From NCBI GenBank assembly GCA_043228905.1, contig JBHGNT010000342.1, positions 1 to 33,007 on the forward strand: a stretch of DNA of 33,007 bases. The letters run 5' to 3'. The notes under the pieces were generated by a model. The model was not told the origin of the DNA, did no database searches, and saw nothing but the letters and a program-made list of their open reading frames with translations. Shown piece by piece: positions 18,944-31,674 of this stretch. This DNA comes from Azolla caroliniana. Its lineage: Eukaryota > Plantae > Polypodiophyta. A program made the translations under genes and the position numbers. How positions within the stretch are numbered: the first letter of the stretch is position 1; the number at the start of each line of letters is the position of its first letter.

Positions 18944-21112
18944 ATGGATTCAAGAGGAGTGGAGGAAGCAATGAGGCTGGAGTACTTTTGTCGAGTGGTG
19001 GCCGAACCGATCTTCGAAGAGATTAAAGAGATTCAAATAACTCACGATTCGTGGGTGTCCTTCAAAGAAGCTTTACGAGAGTCATATGGTTACGAAGAGC
19101 AAAAGGGACGAGGTCTGTATGAGTTTCACGAATGGGTGTCATCGAGAAAGACCCACCAGAGTGCTATGCATGCATTCGTTGAGTTTGAGTATCGCTTCGC
19201 TCAACTCTCGGACCGAGATCGAAGATTGGTGGGGGTGAATAAAGTTCTGATGTTTATAAAGTCAATCGATCGGAATGAAAGGAAGACCATTGGAATCCAA
19301 CTCGAGGATGACAATGGTGAAAATGGCCTCACTGAGGATTGGGCCAAAGTGGAAAGGGTATGCCGACAACACGATAAGAGGGAGATGAGACTCTCATCGA
19401 CAACAACACGACCCACAAGGGATGTTCAAAGGAGAATGGGATGTGGCAATAAAAACCCACTGAAGGAAGAAAGCTCGAAGAGGGAAGCTTCGAAAGAACT
19501 CAACATAGAAGCCTTGATGAGAGAGGCAATAATGAACTTAAAGGCACAAGTCGAGGTTGAAGAGAAGCTGAAAACAAAACCGAGGAAAATGGTGATCGAC
19601 GAAGAGGAGACCTCCCGACAAATGCAGACTAATGGTGCGACCAATACGAAGGCCCAGGTTTGGTATGACAGTACCATGGGAGAAGGTGTGAAACAAGCCA
19701 CCTTCTCAACTTATGGAGGAACGACGGTCGAGAGAAGGGCCGAAGACTCGAGAGCGGGAAATGTTGCTTTAAGAGTGGACGAGCATTTCAGAACACATGC
19801 TGTGTCCGAAATATCGAGTAATGAAGGTGCAAGCATGAGGGAAGCTTGCGTGATCAAGGGATGTAAAGAGTGCGAGGTCGACGTGATTGAGGCGGTAGCC
19901 ACGAGAAACGACATCAAGTCGCAGATGGCTAAGGAAGAGTACATGGCGGATGACCGTGTCGAGACTTTCCCAACACTTGATCTAGAGACTTGGGCAGTTG
20001 CATCCGAGAGCCAACATGAGACCCAAGAGACGGAAAGTGGTGGGGAAGAAAATATTGAAGACAATGCGAATAACAACATTGAGCGAAAGATGGCTACGGA
20101 TGAGAAGACGGTGACCGATGGTGTCGAGGTTCTCCCCACATTTCTTCTTGAGACTTCGGCAGTTGTGCCCGAGTGTCAACATGAGACCGGAGAGACGGAA
20201 GGTGACGGCAAGAAATCGAAGGACCAAAGTGGCAATGAGGACGATGACCATAGACGAAGGGATCCCTCCACACCGGTTCCGAAGACTTCGGCAGTTGTGC
20301 CCGAGAGCCAACATCAGACCGGAGAGATGGAAGGTGGCAACGAGGAGATGAGGGTCGAAGCCGGCGCATACAGAGGAACGGTTGCCAACAAGGAGGCCAA
20401 AAACAAAGCTACAATAGAGTTCGATGAAGAGCCAAAGAGCAGCAAGAAAGGAAGAACCGGAATACAATCCGGATGGAAGATGACTCGGTTGGTATTCCGA
20501 CCCGAACGGAAGCCGACCCGGACGAGAGTTGATCAACCAGGCCCGACCCAACTGAAAACCGAACAGAAACTAACCCGAACGAAAGTCGATCATCTAAGTC
20601 CGATTCGGCCGAATGCGAATCCGGAGGAAGGCCGACCAAGCCAGAAGCTGATTGGTCGAGACAGACAAAAGTTGAACCGGCCTACGCGGAGGTCGAAGCA
20701 GAGGAGTCGTGACACCCGGTTGAGGCTAGTGAGCATAAGGAAAGGCAAGCATGAGACGAGAAATGATGATAAAGGAAAGTTAGGTGACCAAGGAGATGGC
20801 CGAGATGAAGGTGTCACATGCATGAGGCATGAAGCATTATGCTCGGGAGGAGCAAAGGGAGCCATGACAACTAGACATGGCAATAAAAAAGGTGAGCGAA
20901 TGATATGGTGGATCGGATGGCAACGACAGTTCGAAGTAGACGACAAAAAGACGGTGCGGACGAGGCACAAGAAAGGAGGAAATCAAACACCAACCACCTT
21001 TGACCCTTCCACATCACTCTTTTCTTCTTGGCACATACTGGAGGATGTGCGGTTTGGTGGGGGTGGATGTCGTGATGTGGCATGTCTAGTGCGAGAAAAA
21101 CTCAAAAATTGA
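18944..21112 (+). CDS. Gag-like protein (722 aa) of a pol-less derivative, with long repetitive charged tail
   Basis: Follows the PBS; gag-like N-terminus (SWVSFKEALRESY); probable original start ATG 18789 in another frame; no PR, RT or IN motifs; reads through the PPT into the LTR. Confidence 0.7.
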   Translation: MDSRGVEEAMRLEYFCRVVAEPIFEEIKEIQITHDSWVSFKEALRESYGYEEQKGRGLYEFHEWVSSRKTHQSAMHAFVEFEYRFAQLSDRDRRLVGVNKVLMFIKSIDRNERKTIGIQLEDDNGENGLTEDWAKVERVCRQHDKREMRLSSTTTRPTRDVQRRMGCGNKNPLKEESSKREASKELNIEALMREAIMNLKAQVEVEEKLKTKPRKMVIDEEETSRQMQTNGATNTKAQVWYDSTMGEGVKQATFSTYGGTTVERRAEDSRAGNVALRVDEHFRTHAVSEISSNEGASMREACVIKGCKECEVDVIEAVATRNDIKSQMAKEEYMADDRVETFPTLDLETWAVASESQHETQETESGGEENIEDNANNNIERKMATDEKTVTDGVEVLPTFLLETSAVVPECQHETGETEGDGKKSKDQSGNEDDDHRRRDPSTPVPKTSAVVPESQHQTGEMEGGNEEMRVEAGAYRGTVANKEAKNKATIEFDEEPKSSKKGRTGIQSGWKMTRLVFRPERKPTRTRVDQPGPTQLKTEQKLTRTKVDHLSPIRPNANPEEGRPSQKLIGRDRQKLNRPTRRSKQRSRDTRLRLVSIRKGKHETRNDDKGKLGDQGDGRDEGVTCMRHEALCSGGAKGAMTTRHGNKKGERMIWWIGWQRQFEVDDKKTVRTRHKKGGNQTPTTFDPSTSLFSSWHILEDVRFGGGGCRDVACLVREKLKN

Positions 21113-21714
21113 GGATCCACACACATTTCACGAATACTTGTAAAAATGAAAATAAATAAACCTAGGTCACAATGGCATTGTCAAAGTGCATGTAGAGGGC
21201 TGCAAGTAAGATTTGAACCTTGCACCTCAAAGGTAAGAGGCAATTACCTTACCATTAAAGCTACTACTAAGTGTTGTAGATGTTCTATATTTCTTTCTCA
21301 TATTCAGTATTCCGTAGGAAACAAACGAACAAAACCGTGTACACAAAACCACGGTTTTAAGCCCATGGTTTCCTGCATGTCACAAAGCAAAACGGTGTGC
21401 ACAAAAACCATGGCTCCAAGCCCATGGTTTTGTGCATGGACAAACCTATAAAACCCCTAGTACGGCTTGTGTAAGGGGGGGCTCAATATGTGATATCACC
21501 AACACCATTATCATCAATATAATTATATTTGTCTTTATCATCTTCATGTTTTTCTACTTCTCAAGTGTACAATTTTTCTCCTTCTCAAGTAAACCAATTT
21601 TATCTAATCTTACATTGATCGTCATCTAGCGTCGATAATTCTGCGAACGTCCTCCCCAGTCCAAGACCCCGGTGGTCGCTCGAGTAGCACACGCACGCGC
21701 GAATCTTCGCGACA
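21068..21714 (+). repeat. 3' LTR-A (647 bp)
   Basis: TGTCG...CGACA ends; PPT at 21056-21067; TATAAAA near 21447. Confidence 0.94.
21197..21276 (-). promoter_or_regulatory. tRNA-like cassette in 3' LTR-A, antisense to the element
   Basis: A-box TAGCTTTAATGGTAAGG from 21263; CTCTTAC loop; B-box GGTTCAAATCT at 21219-21209; CAA at -6..-4; T runs downstream at 21152-21142. Confidence 0.68.
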
Positions 21715-21718
21715 CCGT

Positions 21719-24437
21719 TTAACGGGATCCTTCTGGCAGGTGGACCGGCGTAACTCACCGTTACCCGGTATGAGACCCTTCTTGGCCGGTTCGGTCTTTG
21801 TTCTCGAAGATCTGCCTATGTTCTTGCCGAAGTCAGATACGCACCGATCCGACTCATCATTGTCGGTCTCGAAATCCAGCATCTTCTGCTTCCCTTTCTC
21901 TTTGCGTGTGAACCGTCTCCTCGGTTCCTTGCGCGGGGAGAGCACGACAGAGTCTCCACTACTCGTCGTCTCGTCATCTGACTGGTTGGACTGATCCAAT
22001 CTCTCATTCGGTCCGCTAACCGGAACGATTCCGAACTCTCATCTTGAGTCCTGGCTTCATGTTTCTCAGGCTCACTAGCCCCATCCTCCGACATCGGGTC
22101 GGGATCGGAAGTCGGAGTTGGTAAGGAATACCACGATGCCGATTCATCAAACTCAACATCTCGGCTGACTCAGACCTGCTTCGTCTGGGGGTTATAACAC
22201 TTATACCCCTTTTGCTCTTGAGCATAGCCAACTAGGATGCATTTTTCCGATTTTGCATCCAGCTTTCTCCGCTTCTCATCCGGCACATGTACATAGGCTA
22301 TGCTGCCGAATATCCGGAGGTGTCTCAAATTCGGCTTGCGCCCGAAATACAGCTCGTGAGCTGACACCTTGTCCCTGATCCGGTTCTGGATGTAAACGGC
22401 CGTTTGGACCGCCTCCACCCAGTAGAACTTGGGCATGCTCTTTTCCTCCAGCATTGCCCTAGCCGCATCAATCAGCGACCGATTCTTCCTTTCGGCCACA
22501 CCGTTCTGTTGCGGTGTGTATCTGCAGCTGAATTCTCGCCGAATTCCTTTTTGTTGCAGATAGATGTTGAATTGGCCGGAAAAGTACTCTTTTCCGCCAT
22601 CCGACCGTAGTCATTTGATCTTCCTCTCCGATTCCCGTTCCACCATCTTCTGGAGGCTCCGGAAACACTCGAAGACTTCGCTCTTCCGCTCAATGAGGTA
22701 GATCCACGTATGCCGCGTGTAGTCGTCGATGAAGGAGACGAAATATCGACTCCCGCCAATGCTAACATTTTGTGCCGGTCCCCACACATCCAAATGAATA
22801 AGATCGAGCTTGTTACGGCTTCGATTTCTTTCGGTGGGGAATGGAAGCTGGTGTTGCTTCCCGAGTTGGTAGGCTTCACAAATCTAGGCTCTCCAGCCGC
22901 TAAACTTCGGCAAACCAAAAATGACTTGTTCCGTTTACAGGTCTTGAAGCCTCCGATAGTTGACGTGGCCGATCCGCTTGTGCCACATGTCGATATCTGA
23001 CTCGACCTTCTGTCCTTTGGCGAACAGTGCGGTGTCGACGTCATTGGTGTTGAGGATAAACATCCTCCCATCTCTGGGCCCTTGCGCAATAACTTTGCCC
23101 TCATCCTCAATGAAGCACCCGAGGTGCGTAAACCGCACTTGCATCCCCTGGTCGACGATCTGTCCAACCGACACCAGGTTCTTCGTGATCGTCGGAACAT
23201 GTAATACATTCATCAGCTTCCCCCTCTGTCCGACGTGGCTCAAAGGGACTTCTCCGACGTGCACGATCGGGTGGGGAGTGTCGTCTCCGATTTCAACAAC
23301 TCCTGGTTGATCCGGCTTCTCCAAAAAGGAGAACCACTCCCCGTGGCTCATCATGTGGTTCGATGCGCCAAAGTCAACGTACCACACTTCCTCCGATTTG
23401 GAAGTGGTCTTCTTCATTGAGTTTGCCTTGTGCTTCATCACCAAGGTTGGCCCCTTACCGTTCTTGGATCCTCCCGATCCGTTTGCGTAGTGCGAGCTTT
23501 GCCGGCCTTCCTTACCGATCTTGCCGGATCCGGATTTGTCCGAATCGGCACGCTTTCTCCAGCACTCGCCTTCCCTGTGGCCCTTTTTGCCACAGTACCA
23601 GCATTCTGTAGCAGATTTGTCTTGCCGGCCTCCGGCACCACCTTGACTCCCTCTACTTGTGGAAGTCCCGGAACTGCTATCAGCACGCTCACTGTGCCTT
23701 CGTTCCTGCTCTTGCAGGCCGCCTCCATTGCGTGCCGACCTACCTCGTCCACCTCGCCCGCGGGACCGATCCGCTCCTGTGTACAGCATCCGACTGTCTA
23801 GGGATGCACTAGTAGATGCACCGGCGTGGTTCTCCTCTACAAGGAGCATTGACTGTAAGTTGAAAAATGAGGGCGTATTCTCCCTTGTACAAACCACAGT
23901 CCGGAAAGCTCCGAACTTGGACGCCCGACCTCCAAGACAGACCTGCACCATCTCGTCTTCCTCTACGGTGACGTTAATAGAGGCAAGCGAGTCACATATC
24001 CCTTTGATCCGGGTTGTGTAATCTGCCACTAACATGTTCTTCTGTTGAACATTGCTCAACTCCTATCTGAGTTGCAACTTCCGGGCAGTGATGCTTGCGG
24101 CGAAGACCTTTTTCAAGTTTCCCCAAGCATCCTTCGGTGTCTTGGTGTCACGGATATGGCTGAGCTGCTGGTCACCGACACTGGACGTGAAGCAGTACAT
24201 CACCCTACTTGCCGCCTGTTCCCACACTGGGAAGTCCTTGTGTGTCGTCTCTGGTGCTGAGTCGTTCACTCCGTCGACATAACTCCAGTAGCCATGCCCA
24301 AGTAGGTACTGGTGCATCTTGTATGACCAAGATGCGTAGTTGATTCTGTCAAGCTTCTCCACCGGGAGCGACGTAGCCATACCTCTATCCATTTCTGCTT
24401 TTATGTCTGTTTTCCGATCTGTCAGGGTTTCCTTCAC
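21719..24437 (-). pseudogene. Copia C gag-protease-integrase
   Basis: KLDRINYASW, CWYCGKKGHREGEC knuckle, WYVDFGASNHM, WHKRIGH, DVWGP, AERKNR motifs; several stops. Confidence 0.92.
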
Positions 24438-24487
24438 AAGCGTAGATGTCTGCAGCAGAGGTTTTCAACCCACGCACTCTGATACCA

Positions 24488-24909
24488 TGTAAAAGATTGC
24501 TTGCGGAAGCGTTAGAAAGAACAATACACAAAGAGAGAGAGAGAGAGTACGCGTGAGAGAGAGAGAGAGCAGGACACACTATTTTTCAAAGTTATATGAA
24601 TACTCTATGCTCTCTATATCTACAACGCGCTCATCAGCGCTATTTATACAAGTCCACACGGGACTATTAGAAGTACGATGTACTTCAATGCTCACACGAG
24701 CATCTGACACTAACTACGAGACTATAACTGCCTAGTAGTCTAACCTATACTAGGCTTCCGGTTATGGATTAGATCTGGCATACCGGCTCCCCAGCTCACC
24801 GGTCCTTACTGCTTACCGGCTCGGTTGCTCACCGGCATACCGATTCATCTCGCTTACCGGCTCAGGCTTATTCAGCCGATCCGGCTCCGGTTGAGCTTGC
24901 CGCTCAACA
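24488..24909 (-). repeat. 5' LTR of Copia C
   Basis: Direct repeat of 10227-10646, adjacent to the iMet PBS. Confidence 0.95.
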
Positions 24910-25023
24910 CCATTGCGTCTGTCTTGTACTGTGTTAGAAATCTAAAGCGCATCTCGATTCAGTCCCATATTCCTAACAAGTGGTATCAGAGCCGAGGTTC
25001 ATACCCTCCACAAAATCGGAATA

Positions 25024-27295
25024 TGGATGAATCACTAAGTGGGATGATTAAGTTGATTGGATCCAATTACTCCATATGGAAGTCCAAAATGAGGGACATA
25101 TTGGTATGCAAGGACTTGTGGTTGCCCATACAACATGGTATGGAAAAACCCGAGAAAATAGAATCTTGCATCGAATTGGGATGCAATGCATCTAAAAACA
25201 TTTGCATACATACGATGTTTTATAGACATGATTCTATAGGAGAACTTTGGTGATGAAACTAAAGCAGACGTATTATGGAAGAAAATAGAGAATAAGTTTG
25301 AAACCAAAAATGCCTTAAACAGAGTCCCCGTGTTTAGAAAACTTGTAAGACTTAGATATCAAGATGGAGCTAGTATGGCAGAGCATCTAACTACGTTACA
25401 AGGACTAATAAGTCAAATTTTCTCTTTAGATATACCTCTATCAAATGAGGTGTTGGCCTTGTTATTGTTGTGACACTTGGGAATTCAGCATAGCAAAAAG
25501 AGCTAACATTGGACATGCTTAAGTCGAGTCTTCTTAATGAAGCAGCACGACGAAAGGAGCGTGAGTCCAACTATGAGCATAAAGCCTTCATCTCAGAAAA
25601 AGCCTCAAATAGAGGAAGAAGCCATAAACAGGGCCCACAATATAATAGGAATAACTCGAAGGGGAGGTCTAAATCTAGAAATAGGAAAGACTCTAAGAAA
25701 GACTTCACATGTCAGGATTGTGGTGGTCCAAACCACTATGAAAGAGATTGTAGGAAGAAAAAGAGAGACCAAAAGATTGGAGCCACTGACAACAAGAAAA
25801 ATGATCCTACAATAGCCACATGTGATGGTGATATTATCATTGTGTGTGATGATGCTTGTGTTGGTTTAGCATGCCAAGAAACCAATTGGATTATGGACTC
25901 GGGCGCCTCATATCACATTACCCCATATCGGGAGATGTTTGTGTCATATGCCGATGGTGACTTTGGTAGAGTCAAAATGGCTAACCACGGCATGACAAAT
26001 GTTGTTGGCATAGGGAATGTAATTTTGGTCTCGGACAAGAGTTTTAAACTCGTATTGAGGGATGTTAGAGATGTACTGGATATTCGGCTGAATATCATTT
26101 TCGTTAGTAAGCTTGATGATGAGGGCTATACAAATTACTTCGGCGAAGGAAAATGGAAGCTCACCAAAGGCTCTCTAGTCGTAGCAAAATGTCTAAAACA
26201 GAATTCTCTCTATCTAATGCATGTTATGGTGTACAACGGAGAGGTAAATGTAGCCGACAAGGATGTCTCTATTGAGCTACAACACACGAGACTTGGGCAC
26301 ATGAGTCAAAAGGAACTCGATGTTCTAGTAAGGAAGAACATCTTGCCGGACATAAAAGGTATGCATTTGGAAACTTGTGTTGATTGCTTGGCCGTCAAAC
26401 AACACATAGCTGTTTTTCAACATCTACCCCTCAAAAGAAAAATGCAGCCATTAGAATTGGTGCACACAGATTTGTGCTATATGAAAGATAGAACTCTTGG
26501 GGGAGTATTGATGACTTCTCAAGGAAGTTGTGGTGCTTTGCATTGAAGACTAAAGATCAAGTGTTTGAAATCTTTAGGAGCTTTCATGTAAGTGTGGAAA
26601 GAGAAACTGGAAGAAAGCTGAAATGTATTTGTGCCAATAACGACGGTGAATATCAAGGACGATTTGAGCAATATTGTCGTGAGCATGGTATCAGGCTTGA
26701 GAGAAGTGTTCCGAAAACACCTCAACACAATGGTGTGGCTGAGAGGACAAATAGGACAATTTGTGAGTGGATAAGATGTACATGCTATCCCATTCAAATT
26801 TGCATAAACCCTTTTGGGGTAAAGCAATGAGGACTACAATTGACCTCATAATCCTGTCTCCGTCAGTTTGGATGGCGATGTTCCCGAGAGGGTTTGGACA
26901 GGTAAAGATGTGTCATACAAACACTTGAGAGTGTTTGGCTGTAGGGCATATGTTCACATCCCAAAAGATGAAAGATCCAAGCTTGATGACAAATGCAAAC
27001 CATGCATATTCTTGGGATACGGCCATGAGGAATTCAGCTATGGACTATATGACCGAACATAGAAAAAGGTCATTAGAAGCAGGGATGTGGTATTCTTTGA
27101 GGAAGAGTTTACAAGATCTGGAGTCGAATGAAATGTCGGATCTCACCCTTGATTTTTCGGTCACCAAACACTCAACTCCTACCCTAGACACACAAGGTCA
27201 TGGGGGAGTGTTACCTGTATAAGTGTACGGGAGGGTTAAGGTGAAATGGATAAGGTGTGTAATGTGTAATGTGTGTGGAAGAGAGAGAGAGAGAG

Positions 27296-27326
<31 letters not shown>

Positions 27327-29234
27327 ACACATGCACATTTGGCTTTTTATATGCATGCGTACAAATGTGAGCGAGTGGTGTAAGTAGGTGTAACTACCCC
27401 CATTTGGCTTTTTGTACCGTCTTGATCAGATCTTGTACTATATAAACCCCAACCCATGGGGCATGAAAAGAAGGAGAAGAATAGTGAAGTTACCCCTCAA
27501 CTTGTGTCTATCTCGATTTTCCTTCTCATTCTCTGTGTGTCTCTCTCCCTCTCTCTCCGCACATTCGAACCCCCCACCCCGGAAGAGGAAGAGTGTAGAA
27601 GGTCTATAAGACAAAGACGAACTTCTACTAGATACAACCCACATGAATATGTGATGCTTTCATATGGAGGAGAGTCAGAAAGCTTTGGAGAAGCTATGGA
27701 AAATGATCATGAGGAATGGCTTGAGTCCATGAATGATGAGATGAAGTCTTTGCAAGACAATCACACTTATGACTTGGTAAAGCTACCTAAGGGCAAGAGA
27801 GTGTTGAAAAACAAATGGGTTTACAAGCTCAAGATTGAGAAACATTGCCCACAACCAAGATACAAGGCAAGACTAGTTGTGAAGGGGTTCAACCAAAAAA
27901 AGGGAATTGATTTCGAGGATATTTTCTCACCAATGGTGAAGATGTCCTCAATTAGAGTTGTACTTGGGATCGCAGCTAGTCTCGATCTAGAAATCAAGCA
28001 AGTCGATGTAAAAAATACCTTCCTCCATGGTGATTTGGAAGCAGAGATTTACATGGATCAACCTGAAGGGTTTGGAGTCAAAGGTAAGGAAAATCTGGTA
28101 CACGGATTAAAGAAGAGCTTGTATGGCCTAAAGAAACCTCTTATACTTTGGTACAAAACGTTTGACTCCTTTATGTTGAACCATGGGTATAATAAGACAA
28201 ACACAAACCACTGCGTGTTTGTTAAGAAATTCTCAAATGGTGATTTTGTCATTCTACTCTTGTATGTTGACAATATGTTGATCGTTGGTCAAGACACCAA
28301 CAAGATTGAGACGCTGAAAAAGGAACTTAGCAAATGTTTTGCCATGAAAGACGTGGGACCAACCAAGCAAATCCTTGGGATGAAGATAACCAAGGACAGA
28401 GCAAGCAAAAGATCGTGGTTGTCTCAAGAAAGTACATTGGGAAACTTCTTGAGAGATTTAACATGGCTAAGAGAAAGTCAATCAACACTCCACTCGTGGG
28501 CCAATTTAAACTCAGCTCAACTTAGTTTCCTACAAGTGAGGAAGAGCAAGAAAGAATGAAACAAATACCATATGCATCTGTCGTCGACAGTTTAATGTAT
28601 GCCATGGTATGCATGAGATCGGGCATTGCTCATGCAATTGGTGTAGTGAGCCGTTTTCTCTCAAACCCTAGCAAAGATAATTGGGAAGCAATGAAATGGA
28701 TCCTACAATATCTAAGGGGCATCTAGAGTCTATCTAAAATTTGGTGAAAACCAAACTGTGTTAGATGGGTATACAAATGTAGATATGGCTAGTGATATTG
28801 ACTCCAGAAAATCTACATCAGGGTACCTAATGATCTTTGCAAGGGGAGCGGTCTCTTGGCATTCAAGACTGCAAAAATTTGTGGTATTATCCACAACAGA
28901 GGCCAAGTACATTGTTGCCACAGAAGCTAGTAACAAATTGTTATGGCTGAAGAAATTCCTACCAGAGTTGGGGCTGATGTAAAGAAATGTACATTCTATA
29001 TTGTGATAACCAAAGTGTTATACATTTAAGCAAGAATTATTCCTTTCATTCTAAGTCAAAACACATTGATGTTAGATACCATTGGATTAGAGATGTGCTT
29101 GAAGAAAAGCAGATGCACATTGAGAAGATTCACACCAATGAGAATGGCTCTGACATGATGACAAAGTGTTTGTCAAGGGAGAAGCTTGAAGTTTGCAAAC
29201 GAAAGGCAAACCTAGTTGCACCCCCCCTTGAGAT
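25024..29234 (+). pseudogene. Copia D gag-pol, decayed
   Basis: GSNYSIWK, WIMDSGASYH, PQHNGVAER, YKARLVVKG, LLYVDNM, YCDNQS, KHIDVRYH motifs; many frameshifts and stops. Confidence 0.92.
27224..27563. mobile_element. LTR-like insertion in the Copia D IN-RT linker
   Basis: TGTACGG...CCGCACA ends, TATATAAA near 27439, (GA)n(GT)n tract. No TSD visible. Confidence 0.45.
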
Positions 29235-29247
29235 GGAGGGGGAGAAT

Positions 29248-30114
<867 letters not shown>

Positions 30115-31640
30115 ATATGGATGTCTACTCGGTGGGCATACCAAGTTATGATGAGATGATAGAGTATTGGGAGATTCCCACTAGTCATAATGTGGCCCTT
30201 CTCATGATTGTTGGGATCAAAGGATCACCCCCAACCCAAGTTCCCGTGAAGTCATGAAGCAATGCCATGTAGGTGGTATCAAGGTATTAATGATAACAAG
30301 GAACAAGCTCATGACCACAAAAGCAAATTTTATAGAGTGTTGGACCCTTCAAGATGGGAATATTGCTATCAAAGGAAGAGGATTTGTAACTAACCAAACA
30401 AGCAAAAAAAGCGGCATTTGTCAAGCATTTTCTATACATACTCTATTGATTACCCACTGATAATCTCACTTCTCTACATAATTACTTTTGCCATAGCAAT
30501 ATTTATACCCATATACATATATGACTATTTACAAATATAGCCTCGAGTCAGCTTCCGCCGATTCGGCTATCAGCCGAGTCGGTTATCAGTTGATTATTAT
30601 AATTGATAATCAGTCGATTTTCAAAGCATTTAACATGTTATGTTGGCTTATTATAATTTTATCTATGAACCAAAGACAATCCATTGTGTATTAAATAAAG
30701 TAATGTCTTGTTTTAAAAACAACTATTCTCTTTTGAAACCCTTCAATGTCCCAACAGTCATAACTTAAATATTAAAAATCCATTATCCATTAAAGTATTG
30801 ATGAGCCATGTCCCACTCCCAATTAACTTTAGCCTGAATTTTAATATTTACTAAAACATTGACTCTTATATTTTGATAGCTTTAGCATTGAAAAAGCTTG
30901 TAAACCCCAAAGATGGCATTGCCATCCTAACATCCAACACTCGATGCCACCATCGTATAGACCATGTAACGTATGTGACATTTGCACCACCAACCAAACT
31001 CTTTCTAGAATCTCATCATATCCAAGATATATATGCAGTCTAATTCACATGATTATGAATACCATGATATGCACGTAGTAAATAAAAAATGCATGTCGTA
31101 CAATCATTAAGCATGTGACAACCAAGCCACGCTTCAGCATACGCTTCGAGACTTGGACTAACATATTTTCTTTGCCTAAAGAAAGATGAATTCATACACA
31201 CATATGGTATATTTTTATGACCATCCTAATCTAGTAAGTTTGGTTTAGACTGAGCAATTCGTTCTCTCTCTAGCTATACTGTAGTCATAAGCCAGTCATT
31301 TATTAAGCCATTCACTCAAGTTAAAATATCATTGCACACACTTGATGTATGGACTTGAATTGAGAAGATAAGCACCCAATCCTAGATAAACCTTAGTGAG
31401 ACTTGGATTTGGGACTAGTGTCGATGCGAGAATGCAAGAGACTGGATGGTAGATCAAATTCGAGCAAAACAAGTACATAGAGGAAGAAAGATCGGGTATG
31501 TGGGTGTGTGAAGAAGAAGTTCGCAGGTTCCAAGGTGTGACCAACAAAGAAGGCCACATGGATGTGTGTTATCGTGCATGCTTGGTCTGCCAAGGAGGTC
31601 TGGTACGATCATATGGGCAACGCATTGTTTGATCGGGGGA

Positions 31641-31674
<34 letters not shown>

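Larger units (their letters stand above)
12964..21714 (+). mobile_element. Non-chromovirus Ty3/gypsy composite with three LTRs (A' - PR/pol - B - gag-like - A)
   Basis: Perfect 4-bp TSD CCGT (12960-12963, 21715-21718); removing the insert restores the Copia C frame DPVKRYGYNEY. The outer LTRs match each other. Confidence 0.92.
10227..24909 (-). mobile_element. Full-length Ty1/copia element C, inserted in the 5' LTR of Copia D
   Basis: LTRs 10227-10646 and 24488-24909 (about 3% diverged by eye). Perfect TSD CCATT (10222-10226, 24910-24914). iMet PBS TGGTATCAGAG at 24487-24477; PPT at 10658-10647. Confidence 0.95.

Noticed and set aside
22472-23209. 245-aa alternative-frame ORF, and similar shadow ORFs such as 3207-3953
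   Set aside because: They overlap pol in another frame and show no recognisable motifs.
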